Assembly (NCBI GenBank): GCA_964421595.1
Contig: CAYQXY010000004.1
Location: forward strand, 9,598-73,597
Source: an uncultured Bacteroidales bacterium
Lineage (GTDB): Bacteria; Bacteroidota; Bacteroidia; Bacteroidales; PUMT01
Reading direction: 5' to 3'
Length of the DNA: 64,000 nucleotides
Shown here: positions 10,206 through 18,953 of the stretch, in pieces
Layout: the number at the start of each line of letters is the position of its first letter
Numbering within the stretch: position 1 is the stretch's first letter
Position numbers and translations under genes: made by a program
Notes under the pieces: model-generated
The model's database searches: none
The model's input: the letters and a program-made list of their open reading frames with translations, nothing else
What the model was told of the DNA's origin: nothing

Positions 10206-10342
10206 ATGAATCTCCCATGAGCCAGGGCACACAAAAATAAATGTATAAAGCATGGGTGATCCATCGGAATTGAATCACTGAATATGAATTACCAGCTAAA
10301 CATAATTACATGATTATCAATTTGATTAACCTGCTTTTTTAG
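10204..10342 (+). repeat. Intergenic structured element, copy A (hairpin module plus locus-specific 3' half), ending at the ATG of the dehydrogenase gene
   Basis: GGATGAATCTCCCATG (10204-10219), then loop AGCCAGGGCACACAAAAATAAATGTATAAAG, then CATGGGTGATCCATC (10251-10265). This module is near-identical to those at 31830-31895 and 17862-17927 (minus strand). Confidence 0.8.
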
Positions 10343-11386
10343 ATGAAAACCATGATGTTGACAGGTATCAGGAAGATGGCTGTTCAGGAAACACCTGACC
10401 CTGAAATTACCGATGGATCCGGAGTCTTGATAAAGATGATGGTTACCGGTGTTTGCGGTTCAGACATCCATTACTACCAGAATGGCAGGATTGGCAGTCA
10501 GATAATTGACTATCCTTTTCCTGTTGGTCATGAGGGAGCAGGAATAGTAGTAGCCGTTGGCAAGGATGTTATATCAGTCAAGCCGGGCGACAGGATAGCA
10601 ATAGAGCCTGCAATGCCCTGCCATGAATGTGACCAGTGTCTTTCAGGTCGCGAACATACTTGCCGGAAGCTTAAATTTCTTGGATGCCCGGGTCAGGCCG
10701 ACGGATGCCTGTCGGAATACATTGTCATGCCTGAGTCAAGTTGTTTCCGCGTTCCTGATGCGATGTCATTTGAAGAGGCTGCGATTTCAGAGCCTCTGGC
10801 TATAGGTGTTTATGCGGTAAGGAAGGCCGGTCTGATAAAAAATGCCAGGATTGGTATACTCGGCTTTGGTCCGATTGGTATGAGTGTTATGCTTTCTGCT
10901 CTTGCAGAAGGTGCAGAAAAAATTTATGTAACCGATAAAATTGACGAACGGGTTGCTAAAGCTTTACAAACCGGCGCAACATGGGCGGGTAACCCCGATA
11001 AGGAAGATATTGCATCAATGATTGATGAAAGGGAACATGGCGGACTTGATGTAGTTTTTGAGTGCTGCGGAAAACAGGAGGCGATAGATCAGGCAGGCTT
11101 AATTCTGAAACCAGGCGGTAAGATAATGATTATTGGAATTCCTGAGTTTGATAACTGGTCCTTCAATGCAGATATTATGCGGCGGAAGGAACTTTCTTTG
11201 ATAAATGTACGAAGGCAGAACAATGCCCTGGATGAAACACTGGGACTCTTGTCATCAGGCAAAGTCGATGTTACTACCATGGTAACCCATCGTTTCTCTT
11301 TTGAACAAACAAAAGAAGCTTTCGATCTGGTTGCTGATTACAAAGATGGAGTCATGAAAGCGATGGTACACTTCGACACTGTATAA
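10343..11386 (+). CDS. Zn-dependent medium-chain dehydrogenase (sorbitol/threonine dehydrogenase-like)
   Basis: Catalytic Zn ligands GVCGSDIHYY and GHEGAG. Structural Zn motif CHECDQCLSGREHTC. Rossmann motif GILGFGPIG. Confidence 0.85.
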   Translation: MKTMMLTGIRKMAVQETPDPEITDGSGVLIKMMVTGVCGSDIHYYQNGRIGSQIIDYPFPVGHEGAGIVVAVGKDVISVKPGDRIAIEPAMPCHECDQCLSGREHTCRKLKFLGCPGQADGCLSEYIVMPESSCFRVPDAMSFEEAAISEPLAIGVYAVRKAGLIKNARIGILGFGPIGMSVMLSALAEGAEKIYVTDKIDERVAKALQTGATWAGNPDKEDIASMIDEREHGGLDVVFECCGKQEAIDQAGLILKPGGKIMIIGIPEFDNWSFNADIMRRKELSLINVRRQNNALDETLGLLSSGKVDVTTMVTHRFSFEQTKEAFDLVADYKDGVMKAMVHFDTV

Positions 11387-11440
11387 CCGGTATTTCGTAT
11401 CATTTTTTCCCTGTAAGTTATTTTGAATACTTGTTGTACT

Positions 11441-13570
11441 ATGTACTTAAATGTTTATTCATTACCGGTATATCTTGTAGCCATTATGATGGCCATGCTT
11501 TCTTTACTGACAAGAAGTCATAGGTCAACGCCCGGAACAGGATACTTCTCGCTCCTGATGCTTTCAGGTGCAGTTTATTCCATTTTTTACGCCCTTGAGA
11601 TATCTTCCGACTCAATTCACCTGGTTGAAATTTTCTATACTCTCCAATATTTAGCTATCCCTTTTATTCCTGCTTCTTTTCTGCTTTTTGCCATCAGCTA
11701 TACGAAAAAAACGGAAATAATCCATCCGGGCGTGCTTTTCATGGTTTTATTTATTCCCTTTCTTACTTTAGGATTTGCCCTATCAAATAGTTTGCATGAT
11801 CTTTTCATCAGCGGGGGATTTTTAGATTCAGAAGGCCCCTTTCCTGTATACACCTTCAACAGGGGGGCATTTTACTGGGTTCATCAGGTTTACAGCTTGA
11901 TTGTCATTATGGTGGCCATACTTATGTTGTTCAGGATGTGGCTGACTTCGGCTCGTGCCTTCAGGAGCCAGGTTGCAGTAGTCCTTATAGGGTCAACTGT
12001 TCCTTTTGTGATGTACATTTTTTATATACTCGGCATGGTTCCATGGGGTCTTGATGTCAACCCCTTTTCCTTTGCTGTTACCGGCATATTTATATTTATA
12101 GGCATATCAAAGTTTAAACTGTTCAGCCTTGCTCCCCTTGCCCGAAACATGCTTTTCGACAGTATTCCCGACGGGGTGGTAGTAATTGACAGGCATTTCA
12201 GGCTCGTTGACTTTAATCTTACTGCTTCGAAGATACTGAGCATCTATTCAAGGGATATTGGAAAGGCTTCAGGTGAGGTTTTTAGTAAATGGCCCGAGAT
12301 ACTGACCTTTATGACAATTAGGGAGAATAAGAGAATGTTTGAAATATCAAGGATAACTGAAGGCGGGAGTCTCTTCTTAAAATGTTATTTTACACCTTTG
12401 AGTGATCTGAAGATTGCAGACAGGGGACAAATGCTGATTATTCATGATGTAACCGGGCAGAGGAAGGCTGAGCTGGATAAAGATGAAAGTGAAGAAAAAT
12501 TCAGGCTTATATTTGAAAATGCTCCACTGGGACTGATGTATTTTGACAGGAACGGTATAATTGAACTTTGTAACGATGATTTTATAAAAATCCTTGGTTC
12601 TACTGAAGAAAAACTTATTGGGCTGAACCTGAATCAACTCAAAGATGAAAGAATTAAAGATGCACTTATTACCACATTTAAAGGAGAAAGTGCTGTTTTT
12701 GAAGGGGAGTATATTTCATATACCGGAACTACCAAGGTTTTTGTGAGAGCAATTTCCAGACCTGTGTTCTCGAAAAGTAATGTGGTGGAGGGTGCACTCT
12801 GCATTATGGAGGATGTAACTATGAGGATGGCCGTAGATGAGAATATAAGAAGGACAAATGCTGAACTTAAAAGGATTAATGCCGAAAAAGACAAGTTTTT
12901 CTCTATACTTGCCCATGACCTTAGAAGCCCTTTCAGTGCTTTTCTTGGTTTTACCGATATACTTGCCGAAGGCATTGATACATTGCCGGTTGAAATGATC
13001 CAGTCAATTGGTGTAAGCATGAAGGAGTCGGCCAATAATTTATACAGCCTTCTCGAGAACCTTCTGCAATGGTCGAAAATGCAGCAGGCATCTGTAAATT
13101 TTAATCCCGAGACATTCATACTGAAAAATAAAATACTTGATTCCATCGAACCATTATTGATTAACTCCAATAATAAGGTGATTGATGTCAGGTATGATAT
13201 AGAAAGCGATTTAACTGTTTTCGCCGATATGAATATGTTTGAGACTATTATCCGTAATCTTTTTACCAATGCTGTGAAATTCACTCCAAAGGAGGGCAGT
13301 ATTATTATTTCTGCAACAGATGATGACAGTCATTATACCGAAATATGTTTCAGAGATACCGGGATAGGGATGAGCAGGGAAATGGTTGATAATCTTTTTC
13401 GCCTCGATGTAAAAAGCAGCAGGCCGGGTACCGAAGGAGAGCTTAGTTCAGGACTTGGACTGATACTGTGTAAGGAATATGCTGAAATGAACGGTGGCAG
13501 TATAAGGGTTGAGAGTGAGCAGGGGAAAGGGAGCAGTTTTTATATCAGGTTAAAGAAAACTGGCCATTAA
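11441..13570 (+). CDS. Sensor histidine kinase with multi-TM N-terminal domain and PAS domains
   Basis: ~7 hydrophobic segments, then PAS-like regions. H-box FFSILAHDLRSPF, G1 box DTGIGM, G2 box GLGLILC. The track ORF opens at TTG 11423, and I prefer ATG 11441. No response regulator gene is adjacent. Confidence 0.85.
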   Translation: MYLNVYSLPVYLVAIMMAMLSLLTRSHRSTPGTGYFSLLMLSGAVYSIFYALEISSDSIHLVEIFYTLQYLAIPFIPASFLLFAISYTKKTEIIHPGVLFMVLFIPFLTLGFALSNSLHDLFISGGFLDSEGPFPVYTFNRGAFYWVHQVYSLIVIMVAILMLFRMWLTSARAFRSQVAVVLIGSTVPFVMYIFYILGMVPWGLDVNPFSFAVTGIFIFIGISKFKLFSLAPLARNMLFDSIPDGVVVIDRHFRLVDFNLTASKILSIYSRDIGKASGEVFSKWPEILTFMTIRENKRMFEISRITEGGSLFLKCYFTPLSDLKIADRGQMLIIHDVTGQRKAELDKDESEEKFRLIFENAPLGLMYFDRNGIIELCNDDFIKILGSTEEKLIGLNLNQLKDERIKDALITTFKGESAVFEGEYISYTGTTKVFVRAISRPVFSKSNVVEGALCIMEDVTMRMAVDENIRRTNAELKRINAEKDKFFSILAHDLRSPFSAFLGFTDILAEGIDTLPVEMIQSIGVSMKESANNLYSLLENLLQWSKMQQASVNFNPETFILKNKILDSIEPLLINSNNKVIDVRYDIESDLTVFADMNMFETIIRNLFTNAVKFTPKEGSIIISATDDDSHYTEICFRDTGIGMSREMVDNLFRLDVKSSRPGTEGELSSGLGLILCKEYAEMNGGSIRVESEQGKGSSFYIRLKKTGH

Positions 13571-13689
13571 AACGCTTACTTAGGAATTTGCTTGTTATCT
13601 TTGTGGGTTTAAATTCATTGTACTGACCATCCATTCCTCAGGAATGAGATTTCAGTGTCTCTTTTATTAATAATAACACTAAAGTTATA

Positions 13690-14769
13690 ATGTCAGAGCA
13701 AAACGGAGTAACAGATAAGAGAATCAAATATTACCGGCAACTGCCCAAACCTGCCGATTTTGTAGCCGGGTTGCCGCTGGCAGCTGGCGGACGGGCACTT
13801 GTAAAGAGATCAAGGGAAGAGGTATCAGCCATTATTAAAGGCGAAGACAACCGCAAATTATTAATTACCGGTCCATGCTCCATTCATGATGCTGATCAGG
13901 CAAAAGAGCTTGCCTGTAAAATAGCCGGTATGGCAAATGAAGTAAAGGATCAGTTCCTGGTTATAGGCAGGTTCTACTTTGAGAAACCAAGGACAATTGA
14001 TGGGTGGAAGGGAATGGTTTATGATCCGCATATCAATAATTCAGGTGATATTGAGAAAGGTCTGATGTTATCAAGGGAGATACTGATTCATGCAGTAAAC
14101 CATTGCAGACTTCCTACGGCAACAGAATTCCTGAACCCTTTTACACCACAGTATTATTCGGACCTGATATCGTGGACCGCAGTGGGGGCGCGCACCAGTG
14201 AAACGCAGCTTTACAGGGAAATGATGTCTGGACTTTCGATGGCTGTGGGGTATAAGAACAGTACTAAAGGAGATATTGATGCAGCCGTTAATTCACTTAT
14301 TGCCCTCAAGAACGAAACAAGCTTTATAGGGATTGACCAGTACGGTAATGCCAGTGTGGTTGCAACTACCGGCAATGATACAGGGCACCTGATCTTAAGG
14401 GGAGGCACCTCGCCGAATTATGACAAGGAGAGTATCGGATATGCACAAAAAGCAATGGCCGGGAAAGGACTTCTCAACGGGTTGCTGATAGACTGCAGTC
14501 ACGGAAATTCAGGAGGAGACTACAAAAGGCAGTCCGGCGTCTTTGAAAATGTGATCCGGCAGATTTGTGACGGGAATAATGCAATCGTGGGATTGATGAC
14601 TGAAACAAATTTCAGGGAAGGAAAACAGGCCCTGAAGAAAGATCTGTCCGGGTTTGATAAATCCCTTCTTGAATGGGGTGTTTCCATTACTGATGCATGT
14701 ATGGGATTTGATGCTACCAGGGAGATGGTACTCAGATCGGCTGAATTACTGAGAAAAAGACCGGCATAA
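13690..14769 (+). CDS. aroG: 3-deoxy-7-phosphoheptulonate (DAHP) synthase, class I AroF/G/H type
   Basis: GPCSIHD, FEKPRTIDGWKG and IDCSHGNS motifs, 359 aa. The isozyme (F/G/H) cannot be assigned. Confidence 0.9.
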   Translation: MSEQNGVTDKRIKYYRQLPKPADFVAGLPLAAGGRALVKRSREEVSAIIKGEDNRKLLITGPCSIHDADQAKELACKIAGMANEVKDQFLVIGRFYFEKPRTIDGWKGMVYDPHINNSGDIEKGLMLSREILIHAVNHCRLPTATEFLNPFTPQYYSDLISWTAVGARTSETQLYREMMSGLSMAVGYKNSTKGDIDAAVNSLIALKNETSFIGIDQYGNASVVATTGNDTGHLILRGGTSPNYDKESIGYAQKAMAGKGLLNGLLIDCSHGNSGGDYKRQSGVFENVIRQICDGNNAIVGLMTETNFREGKQALKKDLSGFDKSLLEWGVSITDACMGFDATREMVLRSAELLRKRPA

Positions 14770-14882
14770 CTTCGTCACCTCTGTTGCTGATAAGATATAT
14801 TGAATCCTTCATATATATTTATATTTAGTAAATTTATTATTATTTTTATCCTTCAGAAGTCAAAATTCTAAAAGATAAAAAT

Positions 14883-16775
14883 ATGCCCGACAAGAAACTG
14901 ACCGGTGAAGTGTTTTATCCTTCAGAAAACACAAAAAGCAAGGCATTCGTAAAAGACAGAAAGGATCTTGATTCCAAGGCAAAGAAAGATTATTCCGGGT
15001 TCTGGGCCGATTTTGCCAGTGAACTGCACTGGTTTAAGAAATGGGACAAGGTCATGGATGATTCTGCCAAACCTTTCTATAAATGGTTTACAGGAGGTGA
15101 AACAAACATTTCCTATAATTGCCTTGACCGGCATCTGAAGACTTTCAGAAGAAATAAACTTGCCCTGATATGGGAAGGGGAGCCCGGAGAAGTCAAAACC
15201 ATGTCATATTTCCGGCTGCACCAGGAGACGTGCAGGTTTGCCAATGTGCTTAAAAGCATGGGGGTTAAAAAGGGAGACAGGGTAACAATTTACATGGGCC
15301 GTGTTCCAGAAATAATTACCGCGATGCTTGCCTGTGCGCGTATTGGTGCCGTCCACTCAGTAGTTTACGGTGGCTTTTCTGTCGAGTCTCTTACCGAAAG
15401 AATTGAAGACAGCAAGTCAAGGGTACTTATTGTTGCAGATGGATCTTATCAGCGGGGCAAGATAGTTAATCTAAAGGATATTGCCGATGAAGCTCTTCAA
15501 AGGGCGGGGACTGTAGAACATGTTGTTGTTGTGAAACGTACCGGACAGGAAGTCTTTATGGAGCCGGGCCGTGATATGTGGTATCATGAACTGGTAAACC
15601 TGCCGATTGCTGCCCATAATTGCCAGCTAGAGATCATGTCGTCAGAGGATCCGTTGTTTATATTGTATACGTCGGGTACTACGGGAAAGCCCAAGGCGAT
15701 ACTTCATACACATGGAGGCTACATGGTTGGCACCTATGTCACCACCAAATATTATCTCGATATTCATGAAGAGGACAGGTTCTGGTGCACTGCCGATCCC
15801 GGCTGGGTTACCGGGCACAGCTATATTGTCTATGGCCCGCTGCTGAATGGCAGTACAATTTTTATGTATGAGGGGGCTCCCTATTACCCGTACCCCAACC
15901 GCTGGTGGCAGATGATCGAAAAATACGGGATAAATATCCTTTATACAGCACCGACTGCTATTCGTGGATTTATGCGTTTCGGCGATGCCTGGGCGAAAAG
16001 ACACGACCTCTCTTCGCTGAGGATACTTGGATCGGTTGGAGAGCCAATTAATCCTGAAGCATGGAAATGGTATTACAATGTTATTGGAAATGGTAATTGC
16101 CCTATAATCGATACATGGTGGCAAACGGAAACAGGGATGCATATGATATCGCCTTTCCCGACCGATCCTTTAAAACCTGGTTCAGGCGGACTTCCCTTTC
16201 CCGGTATTGAAATGGATGTTCTTGATGAGGACGGCAATTCTGCCGGAGTGAATACCGAAGGCTTTCTTGTAATAAAAACTCCATGGCCTGCTATGGTTCG
16301 CACCCTATTTAATGATCCTGATAAATTCAGGGAACAATACTGGAAGAAATATCCCGGATATTATATGACAGGTGACAGTGCCCGTATTGATGAGGATGGG
16401 TATATATGGGTAATTGGACGTGTAGACGATGTTATAAAGGTTTCAGGCTACAGGCTTGGCTCGGCCGATATAGAGAGCGCGCTGGGCAGCCATCCTGCTG
16501 TTGCCGAATCGGGAGCGATAGGTGTGCCACATGAATTAAAAGGCAACGTGATTCATGCATTTGTGATCCTTAAGGATACCTATAAGCCCGGCGACGAACT
16601 GGCCGAAGAGCTGCGCCGTCATATTGGTCATGAGGTCGGACCAATTGCCAAGCCTGAGAAAATAGAGTTTGTCGGTAAACTTCCCAAAACGCGCAGCGGA
16701 AAAATTATGAGAAGGGTGCTGAAGGCGCAGGCAATGGGAGAGGACCCGGGTAATATCTCTACCATCGAAGAGTAG
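14883..16775 (+). CDS. acs: Acetyl-CoA synthetase (acetate--CoA ligase)
   Basis: 630 aa. AMP-binding motif YTSGTTGKPKA, WWQTETG, C-terminal PKTRSGKIMRR. Confidence 0.92.
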   Translation: MPDKKLTGEVFYPSENTKSKAFVKDRKDLDSKAKKDYSGFWADFASELHWFKKWDKVMDDSAKPFYKWFTGGETNISYNCLDRHLKTFRRNKLALIWEGEPGEVKTMSYFRLHQETCRFANVLKSMGVKKGDRVTIYMGRVPEIITAMLACARIGAVHSVVYGGFSVESLTERIEDSKSRVLIVADGSYQRGKIVNLKDIADEALQRAGTVEHVVVVKRTGQEVFMEPGRDMWYHELVNLPIAAHNCQLEIMSSEDPLFILYTSGTTGKPKAILHTHGGYMVGTYVTTKYYLDIHEEDRFWCTADPGWVTGHSYIVYGPLLNGSTIFMYEGAPYYPYPNRWWQMIEKYGINILYTAPTAIRGFMRFGDAWAKRHDLSSLRILGSVGEPINPEAWKWYYNVIGNGNCPIIDTWWQTETGMHMISPFPTDPLKPGSGGLPFPGIEMDVLDEDGNSAGVNTEGFLVIKTPWPAMVRTLFNDPDKFREQYWKKYPGYYMTGDSARIDEDGYIWVIGRVDDVIKVSGYRLGSADIESALGSHPAVAESGAIGVPHELKGNVIHAFVILKDTYKPGDELAEELRRHIGHEVGPIAKPEKIEFVGKLPKTRSGKIMRRVLKAQAMGEDPGNISTIEE

Positions 16776-16955
16776 ACCAACCTCTCATTTATTGCACCAT
16801 AGGAACATTTCTCTGAGCCTGGCCGGGCTGAACCCGCTCAGGCCGCAATATCCTGCCCTGCTGCCGGGCATTGTACTTAGTGATCCTGTTGGCTGTCTTG
16901 TTTCCCCGGATGATTAAAATTAAATGCAGAAACAGAAATTATCTTTAGCCCTGCA

Positions 16956-17795
16956 TCATCCGTTCTCTTTTTTCCAGGCTTCAACTGCAAGCCTGACTGA
17001 CCCGTATTTTAATAACAGATCTCTGGATTGATCGGCATCAAGAGGCAGTTCTTCCATAATCATCCTTGTGCCACGTCTCACCAGCTTGCTGTTGGTGAGC
17101 TGCATATTTACCATCCGGTTCCCCTTTACTTTCCCCATACTGATCATAAGTGATGTGGAGATGATATTAAGTATCATTTTTTGTGCTGTTCCGGCTTTCA
17201 TCCTGGTACTTCCGGTCAGGAACTCAGGCCCAACAACTGCCTCAATTGCTATTTCTGCTGCCCGGGCGACCGGCGAACCAGGGTTGCAGGTAATACAGCC
17301 CGTGAGCAAACCTTCTTTTCTGGCTTTTTCCAGGACCCCAACCACATAGGGTGTTGTGCCTGAAGCAGCTATTCCGATTACAGTATCCTTTATGCAAATA
17401 TTAAATGGCTGCAACTCTTCCCATCCCTTTTCAGGATCATCCTCCGCTTTTTCCACTGCCTTCCTTAGGGCTCTGTCACCTCCGGCGATCAGCCCTATTA
17501 CCATGTTGTCAGGCACACCAAATGTAGGCGGTAACTCTGAAGCATCCAGTACGCCAAGCCGGCCACTGGTTCCAGCACCCAGGTAAAATACCCTTCCTCC
17601 GTCCTTCATCCTGACCACAGTCTCCTCAATCAGCTTCTCAATTTGTGGTAAAACCTTTTTAACAGCCTTATGGACAAAGGAGTCTTCCTTGTTAATTCCT
17701 TTTATTAACTCTCCGACCGACATGTTATCAAGGTTTTGATAATTCGAGGGTTGTTCTGTGATGATCTTTTTCAGATCCAGATCGTCTGTGTTCAT
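16956..17795 (-). CDS. murQ: N-acetylmuramic acid 6-phosphate etherase
   Basis: SIS-domain protein, 279 aa. GAGTSGRLG, EL(P)PTFG and GSTRMKAGTAQK motifs typical of MurQ. Confidence 0.9.
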   Translation of the reverse strand: MNTDDLDLKKIITEQPSNYQNLDNMSVGELIKGINKEDSFVHKAVKKVLPQIEKLIEETVVRMKDGGRVFYLGAGTSGRLGVLDASELPPTFGVPDNMVIGLIAGGDRALRKAVEKAEDDPEKGWEELQPFNICIKDTVIGIAASGTTPYVVGVLEKARKEGLLTGCITCNPGSPVARAAEIAIEAVVGPEFLTGSTRMKAGTAQKMILNIISTSLMISMGKVKGNRMVNMQLTNSKLVRRGTRMIMEELPLDADQSRDLLLKYGSVRLAVEAWKKENG

Positions 17796-17927
17796 ACGAA
17801 AAATTTATAAGTTCTAATCTAAATATAAGTAAGTTGCAATTGCTTATCTCGTTGTGGCAACGGATGAATCACCCATGCTTAAACATTTCTTTTTGTGTGC
17901 CCTGGTTCATGGGAGATTGATTCATTG
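17796..17927 (-). repeat. Intergenic structured element, copy D (full unit), ending at the murQ ATG
   Basis: The reverse complement reads ATGAATCAATCTCCCATGAACCAGGGCACACAAAAAGAAATGTTTAAGCATGGGTGATTCATCCGTTGCCACAACGAGATAAGCAATTGCAACTTACTTATATTTAGATTAGAACTTATAAATTTTTCGT followed by ATG. The last 53 nt match copy B at 47/53 positions (manual count). Confidence 0.85.
17820..17827 (-). promoter_or_regulatory. Possible Bacteroidota -7 promoter box (TATATTTA, near TAnnTTTG) inside copy D
   Basis: Lies 24 nt upstream of the murQ ATG. The same box sits at the same offset in copy B. Confidence 0.35.
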
Positions 17928-17951
17928 TATAGTTATGGTTGAATAGATTAC

Positions 17952-18788
17952 TTACTGGTTTTTATGATAGACAAGTAAACCCTCCATCGGGTCCTGAGTT
18001 ATTTTCCCGGTAATGAAACCGTTATCGGATGCTGCTTCATTAAGTATATCTTTGAAATGCCACCCTATACTACCGGTTACATTTACCGGCAGTGTCGCTG
18101 CTTCAGGAAACTGACGGATATTCCGGGTGAAAAACTCTGTAAAGCTTTGTTTTACCAGATTTGTTATTGACGGGTGTGTAATATTTTCGGCAATAAAGTG
18201 TGTAAACTGAGCCATAAACCTGTTTGGGAACGGCTGCCTGTAAACTTTGTCAAGGATCTCCGCTGAGGTAAGTTTGTATTTATCAAAGAATTTTGTGCAG
18301 ATATCTGCAGGCAATTGATTTTTAAGGATGTCAGAAATCAATTTCCGCCCAAGAACTGTTCCGCTTCCTTCGTCGCCCAGTATGTAACCCAGAGGTGAAA
18401 CATGCTTTTTAATTTCAATTCCGTTGTAATAGCATGAGTTGGAACCTGTTCCCAGAATTGCTGCAATACCAGGGTTCCTGCCACACAGCGACCGTGCCGC
18501 AGCCATCAGGTCGGATTCGACAAATATCCCGGCTTCGCCAAAGAAGGAATGGAGAGGCCTTCTGACCTTATCGGACTTTTCAGGATTTGCACAGCCTGCA
18601 CCGTAAAAATAAATTTCCTCAAACGGACATTTGTTTAATGAGAATTCGTTTTTTATGGTCAAAGCTATGTCCTCTTCCGATTGCAGGAATGGATTTATAC
18701 CGGCCGTAACGCATTTTTCAATATCGGAGTTGCCATTGATTATGCACCAGGTTGTTTTGGTCGAGCCACTATCAGCTATCAGTTTCAT
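17952..18788 (-). CDS. BadF/BadG/BcrA/BcrD-type sugar kinase (MurNAc/GlcNAc kinase, MurK-like)
   Basis: Starting at MKLIADSGSTKTTW (internal ATG of the track ORF). GDEGSG motif. Lies immediately upstream of murQ, as the kinase does in the Tannerella murTKQ locus. Confidence 0.75.
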   Translation of the reverse strand: MKLIADSGSTKTTWCIINGNSDIEKCVTAGINPFLQSEEDIALTIKNEFSLNKCPFEEIYFYGAGCANPEKSDKVRRPLHSFFGEAGIFVESDLMAAARSLCGRNPGIAAILGTGSNSCYYNGIEIKKHVSPLGYILGDEGSGTVLGRKLISDILKNQLPADICTKFFDKYKLTSAEILDKVYRQPFPNRFMAQFTHFIAENITHPSITNLVKQSFTEFFTRNIRQFPEAATLPVNVTGSIGWHFKDILNEAASDNGFITGKITQDPMEGLLVYHKNQ

Positions 18789-18953
18789 TGTTTTATTGAG
18801 TTGCAGGTTTGCTGCAAAGGTATAAAAAATGATCAATCACTGAACCTTGCCAACTTCCTGGCGATCTTAATAAGGATGGGTGGCGTTTTGCCTTTTTTAC
18901 TCTTTAAAATTTGGTTATTTTAGCAGACGCAGAGGTCATCATAATTTATTCAA

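Noticed and set aside
9487-10264. Small ORFs 9487-9672 (-) and 10082-10264 (-), and the N-terminal extension of ORF 9500
   Set aside because: They lie in AT-rich promoter or repeat sequence. The ABM gene has a much better lipoprotein start at 9584, and ORF 10082-10264 runs antisense through repeat copy A.
12634-13284. 216-aa ORF antisense to the histidine kinase gene
   Set aside because: It lies entirely inside a well-supported CDS on the opposite strand. The product is low-complexity and Ser/Leu/Ile-rich with no motifs, which is typical of a shadow ORF.
16813-16873. GC-rich stems between the convergent acs and murQ genes, considered as annotated terminators
   Set aside because: Hairpins are present (GCCTG..CGGG-CTGAA-CCCG..CAGGC and TGCCC-N7-GGGCA) but lack clear U-tracts. 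They are plausible terminators but too ambiguous to list as features.
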